Positions 12,136 to 21,010 of a DNA stretch of 64,000 nt are shown here, in pieces (position 1 is the stretch's first letter; each line of letters starts with the position of its first letter). Below the pieces are notes generated by a model. The model was not told the DNA's origin, ran no database searches, and saw nothing but the letters and a program-made list of their open reading frames with translations. The stretch covers positions 3,232,001 to 3,296,000 of the forward strand of contig OY970325.1 of the NCBI GenBank assembly GCA_963717145.1, written 5' to 3'. This stretch comes from an uncultured Armatimonadetes bacterium (GTDB lineage Bacteria; Armatimonadota; UBA5829; DTJY01). The translations under genes and the position numbers were made by a program.

Positions 12136-12195
12136 TGTCATTCTGAGCGAAGCGAAGAATCTCGCTGCAGGTTCTTCGCTTCGCTCAGAATGACA
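12136..12195. repeat. Palindromic repeat, TGTCATTCTGAGCGAAGCGAAGAA family
   Basis: Inverted arms TGTCATTCTGAGCGAAGCGAAGAA / TTCTTCGCTTCGCTCAGAATGACA. Confidence 0.85.
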
Positions 12196-12203
12196 GCGAC
12201 ATG

Positions 12204-12832
12204 CTAACCTATCGCGAATTGGTGCTCCGCGTCCGCCTCGATCCGAAATGCCAACTGCTTCTTCGAACGATTCCTGACGAGATTCACGTTCCGGACATCA
12301 TCGAACTTGCCCCTGTCGGCCTGGAGCAGAGAAATGACAAACTCCTTGTTGTTCCGCCCGCCGGATTCCGCCGTGCACGTGCCGCAGTAACCGCGAACGT
12401 CGATCCGCTCGCCATACTTGTCCGCGAAGCTCACGGTGACATCCGGGAAAGGCTCCGCTCGCCGACAGATGTCGCACCTCTGCACGGGAATCACCTTGCT
12501 GCCCGAATCCTTGCAGAGCTGGCGGACGATGTCGTAGATCAACTGATCGAACGATCGGTGCAGAATAACGAAGCCGAAGTTCGCCCTCAGCATCTGCTCG
12601 AGTTCGTCCAGAAGCAACTGGTCCTCGCTATATAGCTTTACGGCATAGGCGACGAGCTTGCCGCTGCACAACTGGACGCTGTCGAGCATCGGCTGGAATT
12701 GGTCGAACAAGCCGGCAGATCCCGCGCTTCCTCGTCGCTTCCGGCTTCGACAAGATAGACTCCCTTGAGTCCCCGTGGCTGCGACTCGACGCTGATCTGG
12801 CTAACAAACCTGTCGGATGTAATCTGTGGCAT
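12204..12832 (-). CDS. Hypothetical protein with CxxC...CxxC (possible Zn site); frameshift ~12715
   Basis: AGGAG RBS then MPQITSDRF; joins ORF 12204..12710 after a 1-nt indel; CDIC...CGTC. Confidence 0.6.
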
Positions 12833-12940
12833 TTTGGCTTCCACTCCTACCATATCATTCCATGGCCGTGCGTTGGCCTACCACTATCCGCTACCGTCCG
12901 GGCAGAAGACGCCTGGATTCGGCTCTTTGTGGCATGATCT

Positions 12941-12996
12941 ACCACTTTCTACCACCATTCACCACTGATTATACCGCCGACCGATGGGGCCGTCAA
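12941..12996 (-). promoter_or_regulatory. Sigma70 promoter followed by three MraZ-box-like GTGGT repeats
   Basis: TTGACG-17-TATAAT (12996-12968); ACCAC on + at 12941, 12951 and 12961. Confidence 0.8.
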
Positions 12997-13106
12997 CCAT
13001 CTGCGACGAAATAGTGTGTGAACTTTTCTGGTCGAAAACTGGTTGCGGCTGTCACAGGTTCGGAGCGAGGCGTCCCGTTCCCCGATGCCCTCCACGATAC
13101 GGCGCA

Positions 13107-13278
13107 GTAGGGGCGAACGCACCAAAACACACCGATGCTTCGGTAGCAGAGGCCCGGCGGCGTTGCCGAGGCATGTCACGACACCGTGGTGCTTCGGCAG
13201 CGCCGCCGGGCCTCTGCTACCGAAGCATCGTACTCCCGAGTCGAGACAACTAGATGCGTTCGCCCTGTTCGCCCCTAC
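13107..13278. repeat. Nested palindromes: GTAGGGGCGAAC REP pair enclosing a second ~98-bp inverted repeat (13133-13230)
   Basis: Outer GTAGGGGCGAAC...GTTCGCCCCTAC; inner CGATGCTTCGGTAGCAGAGGCCCGGCGGCG... and its reverse complement. Confidence 0.8.
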
Positions 13279-13358
13279 CGATCATTGACATGGGAGGGCT
13301 TTTTTGCGTATTCTGGTAGGCGAAGACTAAGAAATCCGCGACGACGAGGGGTATGTGA

Positions 13359-14174
13359 TTGCCTACCATCCGAGCAAAAGCCACGACCGTCGATTACTAT
13401 GAAGCCGGAACAGGCCTGCCGGTCATAATGATCCCCGGTATAACCGAGTTCAAAGAGGAGTTCGCATTCCAGTTCCATGGCCTGGCGGACAGCTACAGGA
13501 TCATCAGCTATGATCTGCGGCGAGGGCTCAAACGCGCCTCGGACTACACGCTGGATATGCTGGTAGAGGACCTCAGACGGTTCATGGCGGCGCTCGGGAT
13601 CGACGGCGCCGTGATATGCGGGCACTCGTTCGGCGGCTTGGTCGCGACGGAGTTCGCCCTTCAATACCCGGACCTGGCGAAGGCCCTAGTGCTCGTTTCC
13701 TCTTATGCCTCGATGCCGGACATTCCGCCGGATGAGTTCGTTGCAGCGACGTCGGCCGCCGGCCATCCGTTCCACAGGGGAATGGGCACGACGCTCCGGA
13801 TCCAGATGTCGCGCCTTCTCGGACGGAAGACGAGCGGCGCGCTGGCGATGGAGGATGAGGTCAGTGCCGTCCGGACGGTGGCGCGCCAGGCCGAGAAGAC
13901 ATCCAAGACGACGATATACGAGCGGCTGAAGATCATCAAGAAAACGAACCTGCGCGACCGCCTCCCGCTGCTCGAGATGCCGACCCTTGTGATTGCCGGG
14001 GCGAAGGACCGGTCCATGTTCCTGTCAAGCGCTCAGGAGTTATACCAGGGCATCCCGAATGCTTTCCTGGAGGTGCTCGAGGGGGGGTCGCACTTCTGCT
14101 TCCTCACGCGGCACGATCAGTTCAACACCGTCGTGGACGAGTTCCTGACGAGCCACCTCGCTGGGATGTCGTGA
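13359..14174 (+). CDS. Alpha/beta hydrolase
   Basis: GHSFGG nucleophile elbow, GAKD and GSH motifs; upstream TTGACA-18-TATTCT. Confidence 0.9.
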   Translation: MPTIRAKATTVDYYEAGTGLPVIMIPGITEFKEEFAFQFHGLADSYRIISYDLRRGLKRASDYTLDMLVEDLRRFMAALGIDGAVICGHSFGGLVATEFALQYPDLAKALVLVSSYASMPDIPPDEFVAATSAAGHPFHRGMGTTLRIQMSRLLGRKTSGALAMEDEVSAVRTVARQAEKTSKTTIYERLKIIKKTNLRDRLPLLEMPTLVIAGAKDRSMFLSSAQELYQGIPNAFLEVLEGGSHFCFLTRHDQFNTVVDEFLTSHLAGMS

Positions 14175-14200
14175 TCTCTATGCATGCACGCGACGCCGTG

Positions 14201-14270
14201 GTAGGGGCGAAGCATTGGCTGCCGCACTCGCAAGGCGTTGGGTCATCGGAAGCCAATGCTTCGCCCCTAC
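14201..14270. repeat. REP doublet GTAGGGGCGAAGCATTGGC
   Basis: Same family as 5892-5961. Confidence 0.85.
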
Positions 14271-14301
14271 AGCCGAGGCACGACATGATTGGTGACAAAC
14301 C

Positions 14302-15078
14302 GTGAACCCGATTGTCGACACCCACTGCCACCTCAACCATTCCGACCTCGCAGGCGACATCCCCGATGTTCTCCGACGCGCACAGGAAGCCGGCGTCGAG
14401 CGCATAGTTTGCGCCGGGTTCGATATGGAATCGAGCATTCAGGCCGTCAGCCAGGCCCAGGACTATCCGATGGTGTACGCGACGGTCGGCGTCCACCCGC
14501 ACGACGCGTCGAGGTTTCGGGACGACGACGAGGAGCGGCTGGTACAGCTCTGTCGGGAGAAGAAGGTCGTCGCAGTGGGAGAGACCGGCCTCGACTACCA
14601 CTACGACCTGTCGCCGAGGGAAACCCAGCAGCGAGTCTATCGCATGCACATCCGATTGGCGCACACAGTCGGCCTACCGATTGTGATACATGGCAGGGAA
14701 GCCGGCAATGACATCCTCGACATACTCGAGGCTGAGGGGATGCCCGAGCAGGGCGCGGTCCTCCACTGCTTCTCCGGCGACGCGGACATGGCCTCCCGGG
14801 CGTTAGGGATGGGATGCTACCTGGGGATCGCCGGGCCGATCACATTCCGAAACGCCGATGACTTCCGCGGAGTCGTCGAGGGGCTGCCACTCGACAGCCT
14901 GCTCGTCGAGACGGACGCGCCCTACCTGTCGCCGCATCCTCACCGGGGAAAGCGTAACGAGCCGGCATACGTGAGGCTTGTCGCGGAGAAGCTGGCCGAG
15001 GTAAGCGGCATCCCGCTCTCAGAGGTCGCCTCGATAACCACCTCGAACGCGCAACGTCTCTTTGGCCTCGGGACGTAA
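14302..15078 (+). CDS. tatD: TatD family deoxyribonuclease
   Basis: DTHCH, GVHPH, GETGLDY, HCFSG and ETDAPYL...RGKRNEP motifs. Confidence 0.95.
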   Translation: MNPIVDTHCHLNHSDLAGDIPDVLRRAQEAGVERIVCAGFDMESSIQAVSQAQDYPMVYATVGVHPHDASRFRDDDEERLVQLCREKKVVAVGETGLDYHYDLSPRETQQRVYRMHIRLAHTVGLPIVIHGREAGNDILDILEAEGMPEQGAVLHCFSGDADMASRALGMGCYLGIAGPITFRNADDFRGVVEGLPLDSLLVETDAPYLSPHPHRGKRNEPAYVRLVAEKLAEVSGIPLSEVASITTSNAQRLFGLGT

Positions 15079-15118
15079 TGGCCCGTCTGCCATGATCTGT
15101 TACAGGATCATCCGGGAA

Positions 15119-15319
15119 TCAGTAAGATCGTTCGTATTCCCGCTCTTGCGACTGTCCCGCACCGGCCCCAGAGCGCTCTTTCTTCCGCGCCTGGCGACAA
15201 GGCGAGCATCGAACGGGCTCATTCTGAAAGCCCTTCTGAGTGTAGAATTCCTGCTCACCTGTTGAGAAGACGAAATCCTGTCCGCATTCCTTGCACTTGA
15301 GGTTCTTGTCCTCCGGCAT
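15119..15319 (-). CDS. Small zinc-ribbon domain protein
   Basis: DKNLKCKECGQDFVFSTGEQEFYTQKGFQNEPVRCSPCR; AGGAGG RBS. Confidence 0.85.
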   Translation of the reverse strand: MPEDKNLKCKECGQDFVFSTGEQEFYTQKGFQNEPVRCSPCRQARKKERSGAGAGQSQEREYERSY

Positions 15320-15438
15320 ATGATCCAGTCCTCCTGCTGTGACTTGGCTGAGATTTGCCATGCTCGTATACCCAGATCGGTTCGCTCCGCAATCAGACGC
15401 GGCCTCTCATCCCGAGTCCCGTTCGTAACAACGCCCTT

Positions 15439-15553
15439 ACCGTCAGTCCTGAGTTCGCCGGTGAATGACGGCGTGTAACGAAGGACGGCTCGGTGCAGTA
15501 AGGCCGTCCTTCGTTACACGCCGTCATTCACCGGCGAACTCAGGACTGACGGT
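15439..15553. repeat. Perfect 51-bp-arm inverted repeat (MITE-like)
   Basis: 15439-15489 is the reverse complement of 15503-15553, with a 13-nt loop. Confidence 0.9.
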
Positions 15554-15591
15554 GTGGTTTGCATAACGGTATTCCGGGATCTCAGGGATCG

Positions 15592-15621
15592 TTGACTCGC
15601 TCCATCCGGCTGGGGTACAAT
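15592..15621 (+). promoter_or_regulatory. Sigma70-type promoter of the GNAT operon
   Basis: TTGACT-18-TACAAT. Confidence 0.55.
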
Positions 15622-15654
15622 TGCACTAACATCTCAGGCGAGTGAGGGACAGAA

Positions 15655-16605
15655 TTGTCAACGCGCACCATCACAATCAACCCGTTTCAGCCCGGCGATC
15701 TCGGCGGCGTCGTCAGCCTCCTGAACCGCGAGATGACCGCCGATCCGACGACCAGCGCGAACTTCCAGCGAAGGGTGCTCCTCGACCTCAACTTTAGTCC
15801 GGCGGGCGCTCCCGTGGCGAAGGACGGCGACAGGATCGTCGGATTCATGTGCGGCATGGTCCGCACCTACCTCATGGAGGACCAGACGCCGGACACCGAC
15901 CGCGGCTTCATCACATTGCTCGCGGTCGATCGCGATCATCGCCGCCGGGGGATCGGCACACGGCTCTGGGAGCAGGTCAAGTCGTACTTCAGCGACCGTG
16001 GCGCCAAGGCGGCCGTCGTCGGAACGTTTGCGCCGAACTACTTCGTCCCGGGCGTCGATCAGGTGGCCTATGCGGGGGCGATCGAGTTCTTCAAGAAGCA
16101 GGGCTTCACAGTGCCGGTCACGGTTCTCAGCATGGATTCGAACCTGCTGGAGCTTAGGACGCCGGATTGGATCGTGGAGAAGGAAGCCAAGCTGGTGTCG
16201 GAGGGCCTGACCTTCGAGACCTTCAGGCCGGAGCACACTCTCCCTCTGCTCGATCATCTGCGCGAGTGCTTCCCGGGCGACTGGCAGCGTTACCTGCGCG
16301 AGTCGATGGTGCGCAAGACGATGGGGCAGTTCGAGCGCGGCGAGATTTACGTGGCGACGCACGAGGGCAGATGCCTCGGGTTCTGCCAGCACGAGAACGA
16401 GCGGTTCGGGCCGTTCGGTGTCGATGACAAGGAACGCGGGCGCGGGATCGGCGCGGTACTGCTCCTGAAATGCCTGCACGGCATGAAGGCGCTCGCGATC
16501 CACGATGCCTGGTTCATGTCCACGACGGATGACGCCGCGAAGGTATACATCCACGGCGGCTTCCGTGAGACCCGCCGCCACGCCGTGATGAAGGTGGCAC
16601 TATAG
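15655..16605 (+). CDS. Tandem GNAT N-acetyltransferase
   Basis: Two acetyl-CoA loops: HRRRGIGT and ERGRGIGA. Confidence 0.85.
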   Translation: MSTRTITINPFQPGDLGGVVSLLNREMTADPTTSANFQRRVLLDLNFSPAGAPVAKDGDRIVGFMCGMVRTYLMEDQTPDTDRGFITLLAVDRDHRRRGIGTRLWEQVKSYFSDRGAKAAVVGTFAPNYFVPGVDQVAYAGAIEFFKKQGFTVPVTVLSMDSNLLELRTPDWIVEKEAKLVSEGLTFETFRPEHTLPLLDHLRECFPGDWQRYLRESMVRKTMGQFERGEIYVATHEGRCLGFCQHENERFGPFGVDDKERGRGIGAVLLLKCLHGMKALAIHDAWFMSTTDDAAKVYIHGGFRETRRHAVMKVAL

Positions 16606-16726
16606 AACACAGATCACACAGATAGCAGAGGATGGAACGGATGATTTCTCTTTCCTGACAGTCTGCCAAGATCATCCCTGTTCATCCTCCGCCATTTGTG
16701 CCATCTGTGTTCGAAGGAGAGGTACC

Positions 16727-17431
16727 ATGGCTGACAAGGTTGATATTCTGGCGATCGGTGGACATGCGGGGGATGCGGAGATCTCCGCGGGGATGGCGCT
16801 CTGTCATCACGTGAACCAGGGCAAGAAGGTCGCGATGCTTCACATGACGCCCGGCGAGAAGGGGCATCCCAAGATGACCCCGGAGCGCTATGCCGAGCTG
16901 AAGCACACCGAGGCCGAGTACGCCGCGAAGGCGATCGGCGCGAAACCATACTTCCTCCCCTACCTCGACGGCGAGCTTCCGGTCAGCGAGGAGGTCAAGT
17001 TCGCCATCTGTGACGTTATCCGAGAGTGCAAGCCGAGCGTGATCCTGACCCACTGGATCAAGAGCATCCACAAGGACCACATCAACACTGCGCTCAACGT
17101 CCCCGACGCGCAGTTCTACGCCGGGATCGCCGGCTTCACGCGCAAAGAACCCGCTCACTGGGCCGGGACCCTCTACTACGCCGAGAACTGGGAGGATCGC
17201 GAGGACTTCGTGCCCGAACTGTACGTCGAGGTCACCACGGAGGACATCAAGCTCTGGGAGGACATGGTGTCGAAGTACGCACTCTTCCGCGGGGAGGTCG
17301 TCAAGTTTCCCTACGTGGATTATTACAAGGCGCTCGCGCGGGTGAGAGGCCCGGAGGTCGGCTACGAGTACGCAACGGCCTTTGCGCTCCCACCGGGCGC
17401 ACATCGCCGGAAGGTCAGCTCATTCTTTTGA
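16727..17431 (+). CDS. PIG-L/LmbE family N-acetylsugar deacetylase
   Basis: GGHAGDAE (HxxD) and HKDH motifs. Confidence 0.85.
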   Translation: MADKVDILAIGGHAGDAEISAGMALCHHVNQGKKVAMLHMTPGEKGHPKMTPERYAELKHTEAEYAAKAIGAKPYFLPYLDGELPVSEEVKFAICDVIRECKPSVILTHWIKSIHKDHINTALNVPDAQFYAGIAGFTRKEPAHWAGTLYYAENWEDREDFVPELYVEVTTEDIKLWEDMVSKYALFRGEVVKFPYVDYYKALARVRGPEVGYEYATAFALPPGAHRRKVSSFF

Positions 17432-17509
17432 GTTATCAGTCATCAGTTTTCAGTTATCAGTGAAAGCCTTGAGTCCCGACTGAGAACTGAGTACTGACAA
17501 CTGAGAACT
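17431..17509. repeat. Inverted heptamer tandem repeat (AGTTATC-like)n / (CTGAGAA-like)n
   Basis: agttatc agtcatc agttttc agttatc ... ctgagaa ctgagta ctgacaa ctgagaa. Confidence 0.8.
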
Positions 17510-17518
17510 AGGAAACCC

Positions 17519-18614
17519 ATGAAAGTATACGTCGCAGCAACGAGACAGAACGACGGGAAGACGATCGCGTCAGCTCGGCCTGATCGCCGCCATGATCGGG
17601 AGGAACGTCCGAGTCGGCTACATCAAGCCGGTTGGGCAGCACTACGTCCGGATCGACGGCTGCAAGATCGACGAGGACGCGATCCTCATGAAAGAGACAT
17701 ACCACCTGGAGAGCGATCACTGCGATATGTCGCCGATCGCCGTCCCGCGAGGGTTCACCGAGGACTACATCAACGAGCCGAACCGGGATGCGCTCGTTCG
17801 CAAGATCAGCGATGCCTATGCCCGAGTCTCAGAGGGACAGGAGTTCACTCTGATCGAGGGCACCGGACATGCCGGCGTGGGCTCCGTTTTCGACATGTCC
17901 AATGCAGATGTCGCCAAACTCCTGGGCGCCAAGGTCATCCTCGTTTCGGCCGGCGGTGTCGGGAAGCCGATAGACGAGATCATGCTCAACATGGCGCTCT
18001 TCAACCAGGTCGGCGTCGAGGTCCTCGGCGTGATCGTGAACAAGCTCGACAAGGAGAAGTACGACAAGATAGCGCCTATCGTCACCAAGGGCCTCGCGCG
18101 GAAGGGACTCGAGGTCCTCGGAGTGATGCCGTACAACCCTGTGCTCTCCAACCCAACGATGGAGCAGTTGTTGGAGGATATGGAGGGCGAGTTGATCACA
18201 GGGCAGGGAGGGCTGAAGAACACCGTAGGCAATATCGCCATCGGCGCCATGTCCCCTCATGAGGCGCTCGACTACATCGGTAAGGACACGCTGCTCATCA
18301 CCCCGGCAACGAGGGAAGACCTGATCCTTGCGTCGATGGGGGCATGCTTGATGGACCTGGAGAACGAACGATGCGTCTCGGGGATAGTGCTCACGGGAGC
18401 CGCCAGTCCACATCCCAAGATAATGAGCCTGATCGAGCGCGCTCAGATACCGGTCATACGCGTGTCGCAGGACACATTCACCGCGGCATCGAAGATCAAC
18501 GGCCTGATGGTCAAGATACGACCCGGCGACGACGAAAAGATCGCCGCAGCCGAGCGACTCGTCGCTGATTACGTGAACATGGACCGCGTGATGGAACTGC
18601 TCCAGCAGACATAA
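17519..18614 (+). CDS. AAA_26/DRTGG protein (Pta N-terminal-like, BioD-like P-loop); frameshift ~17572
   Basis: ATRQNDGKT P-loop, GYIKPVG, IEGTGHAGVG and LITPATREDL. Confidence 0.8.
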
Positions 18615-18632
18615 GGGAGCGGGGACGAAGAC

Positions 18633-18768
18633 GTTCGGGCTGGAGTTGCACTCCAGCCCGCCGAACAGATCAGGGAGTTGAACTCCCCCGGTAGTCTGCC
18701 GGGAGGGAGTACAACTCCCTCCCGAACGCTGTCGGAGATCCCCCGACGACGGGAGTCGTCAGGGGATC
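18633..18768. repeat. Cluster of GGAGTTGxACTCC hairpin repeats plus a GATCCCC-GACGAC palindrome
   Basis: Three GGAGT..ACTCC hairpins; the family also occurs at 29115-29201, 42894-42921 and 53629-53719. Confidence 0.8.
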
Positions 18769-18778
18769 GCTATGACGC

Positions 18779-18808
18779 AAAAGGGGTCGCCGAATCTCGA
18801 CGACCCCC
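18779..18808 (-). terminator. Intrinsic terminator of the ABC operon
   Basis: GGGGTCG...CGACCCC hairpin followed by TTTT on the minus strand. Confidence 0.6.
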
Positions 18809-18843
18809 TCATCAATCATTCCCCATCAGCCATCAACCATTCC

Positions 18844-19908
18844 CTACCCCTTGACCCCCGAGATCACCACGCCCTGGATGAAGTACTTCTGCGCGCAGAA
18901 GAAGAGCGTCAGGAGCGGAAGCATCACAACAGTCGCCGCCGCCATGAGTAGGTGCCAATCCGTCGCGTGCTCGCCCTGGAACGACCAGAGCGCGAGGGCC
19001 AGTGTCCGCTTCGCGGGATCGCTGAGGTAGATCAACGGGCCGAGGAAATCGTTCCAGTGCGCCATGAACGAGAAGATCGCGACCGTCGCCAGCGCCGGCC
19101 TGGCTTGAGGCAGAATGACCTTCGTGAACGTGCCGAACGTCCCCGCGCCGTCGATCTTTGCCGCTTCGTCCATCTCGATCGGGATCGTCATGTAGTACTG
19201 GCGCAGTAGGAAGATGAAGAAGACGCCTCCTCCGAAGAATGACGGCACCGTGAGCGGATAGAAAGTGTCGTACCAGCCGATGCTCGTGAAGATCTTGAAG
19301 ATTGGGATCAAAGTCACCTGCGGGGGCAGCATGATCGTCGAGAGCAGCAGAATAAAGAGCGCGTCGCGACCGGGGAACCGCATCCGCGCGAACCCGAAGG
19401 CCACTATCGACGCGGACATGATCTGGCCGATCATGCAGATGAACGTAATGATGCAGGTATTCTTCAGGCAGTTCATGAAGTTCATGAACTCGAGCGCGGC
19501 GGGGTAGTTGGCCCACACGGGAGCGATCTTCCGCACCTCTGTCAGGTCGGTCTTGTTGATGGTGACTTCCCTCTTGCCGCCGATCGTCCCCTTCAGAGCG
19601 CGCGCGACCGTGGTTTCCTCCTCCGCCTTCAGTTCGGCGGTGACCTCAACCCGGCGATTGCCGTCCTTCAGAGTGAATACGGGGAGTTCCTTGCCGCCAA
19701 CCTTCGTCTTGATCTGCTGACTCGGCAGCCATTCGGGCGGGCTCTTGAAGATCATCGCCGCTTCCTTGAGCGAACTCGACACCATCCAGTAGAAGGGGAT
19801 GAGTATGAGGCATGAGCCCGTGATCAGCAAGAAATAGCTAATGATGCTGGCGATGAGCTTCGACGTGCTCTTCTTACGTATCTTCTCTTCTCGTACCGCA
19901 GTTGCCAT
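18844..19908 (-). CDS. Carbohydrate ABC transporter permease (MalG-type)
   Basis: EAAKIDGA loop, WNDFLGPLIYL, multiple TM helices. Confidence 0.93.
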   Translation of the reverse strand: MATAVREEKIRKKSTSKLIASIISYFLLITGSCLILIPFYWMVSSSLKEAAMIFKSPPEWLPSQQIKTKVGGKELPVFTLKDGNRRVEVTAELKAEEETTVARALKGTIGGKREVTINKTDLTEVRKIAPVWANYPAALEFMNFMNCLKNTCIITFICMIGQIMSASIVAFGFARMRFPGRDALFILLLSTIMLPPQVTLIPIFKIFTSIGWYDTFYPLTVPSFFGGGVFFIFLLRQYYMTIPIEMDEAAKIDGAGTFGTFTKVILPQARPALATVAIFSFMAHWNDFLGPLIYLSDPAKRTLALALWSFQGEHATDWHLLMAAATVVMLPLLTLFFCAQKYFIQGVVISGVKG

Positions 19909-19953
19909 ATCGGTTTCCTCTTTGTACTTTGTACTTCCCGGCTTTGTACTTGC

Positions 19954-20922
19954 CTACCGTCTGCCCTTCACCTCGGCCTCGTAGTAGACCCACATGGACG
20001 AGGTCTTGAAGATCAACAGTGTGCAGATCAGTATCACGATGAACAGTATCCAGGCCATCGAGGCCGCGTAGCCCATCTGGAAGTACTGGAACGCTTTCTG
20101 GTACAGGTAGAGCAGGTAGAACAGGGTCGCGTATGCCGGTCCGCCCTGCGTCATGACGAATGATGACGTGAAGACCTGGAAACTGCCGATGACGCCCATC
20201 ACCAGGTTGAAGAAGATCGTCGGCGAGATCATCGGGATCGTGATCTTGAGGAACTTCTGGATCGGGTTCGCGCCGTCGATCTCCGCCGCCTCGTAAAGCT
20301 GGGTCGGGATGCCCTGAAGTCCCGCAAGGTAGATGATCATTCCGCCGCCGATGCCCCACAGGCTCATGAGAATGAAAGCGGGGAGCGCCCACTGCGGATC
20401 CGCAAGCCACGCGGGCGGTTGATTGACCAGAGCGATCTTGTCTATGCTCAACCCGTCGTGAAAATGCAGCATCGGCCAGATCGGGGAGCTGAGGAAGACG
20501 TTCAGGATGCCGTTCTCGGGGTTGAATATCCAGCGCCAGACCATCGCAACTGCGATGCCGGGGAGGACCGCCGGGATGTAGAAGATCGTCCGAAACCAGG
20601 TCATGCCCTTGACGTTCTGGTTGAGCAGCATCGCGACCAACAGCGAGCCGACCAGTCCCATCGGGAGCGCGAACATCGCGTAGGTGATCGTGACCTTGAG
20701 CGCCTGGATGAACCGGAAGTCGTGGAAGAGCGCCTGCTGGTAGTTCGCGAGGCCCACGAACTTCGGCGCGTTGATGATGTCCCAGTCGCACATGCTTATG
20801 TAGATAGAGAACAGCATCGGCCCGAGTGTGAAACACGTGAAGCCGATCAGCCACGGGGCTATGCAGAGGAACCCTTCGATGGACTCCTTCCGCGCCATCC
20901 TGCTCATCTTCTTTTTTGCCAT
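19954..20922 (-). CDS. Carbohydrate ABC transporter permease (MalF-type)
   Basis: FVGLANY, LYEAAEIDGA and MGYAASMAW. Confidence 0.93.
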   Translation of the reverse strand: MAKKKMSRMARKESIEGFLCIAPWLIGFTCFTLGPMLFSIYISMCDWDIINAPKFVGLANYQQALFHDFRFIQALKVTITYAMFALPMGLVGSLLVAMLLNQNVKGMTWFRTIFYIPAVLPGIAVAMVWRWIFNPENGILNVFLSSPIWPMLHFHDGLSIDKIALVNQPPAWLADPQWALPAFILMSLWGIGGGMIIYLAGLQGIPTQLYEAAEIDGANPIQKFLKITIPMISPTIFFNLVMGVIGSFQVFTSSFVMTQGGPAYATLFYLLYLYQKAFQYFQMGYAASMAWILFIVILICTLLIFKTSSMWVYYEAEVKGRR

Positions 20923-20937
20923 AACGTACTCCTCGGA

Positions 20938-21007
20938 AAATTCGAAATTCGAAATTCGAAATTCGAAAACCGGATTTCGAATTTCGTGCTTCGTATTTCG
21001 AATTTCG
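20938..21007. repeat. Inverted heptamer tandem repeat (AAATTCG)n / (ATTTCGA-like)n
   Basis: ttcgaaa x4 followed by tttcgaa tttcgtg cttcgta tttcgaa. Confidence 0.85.
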
Positions 21008-21010
21008 CGT

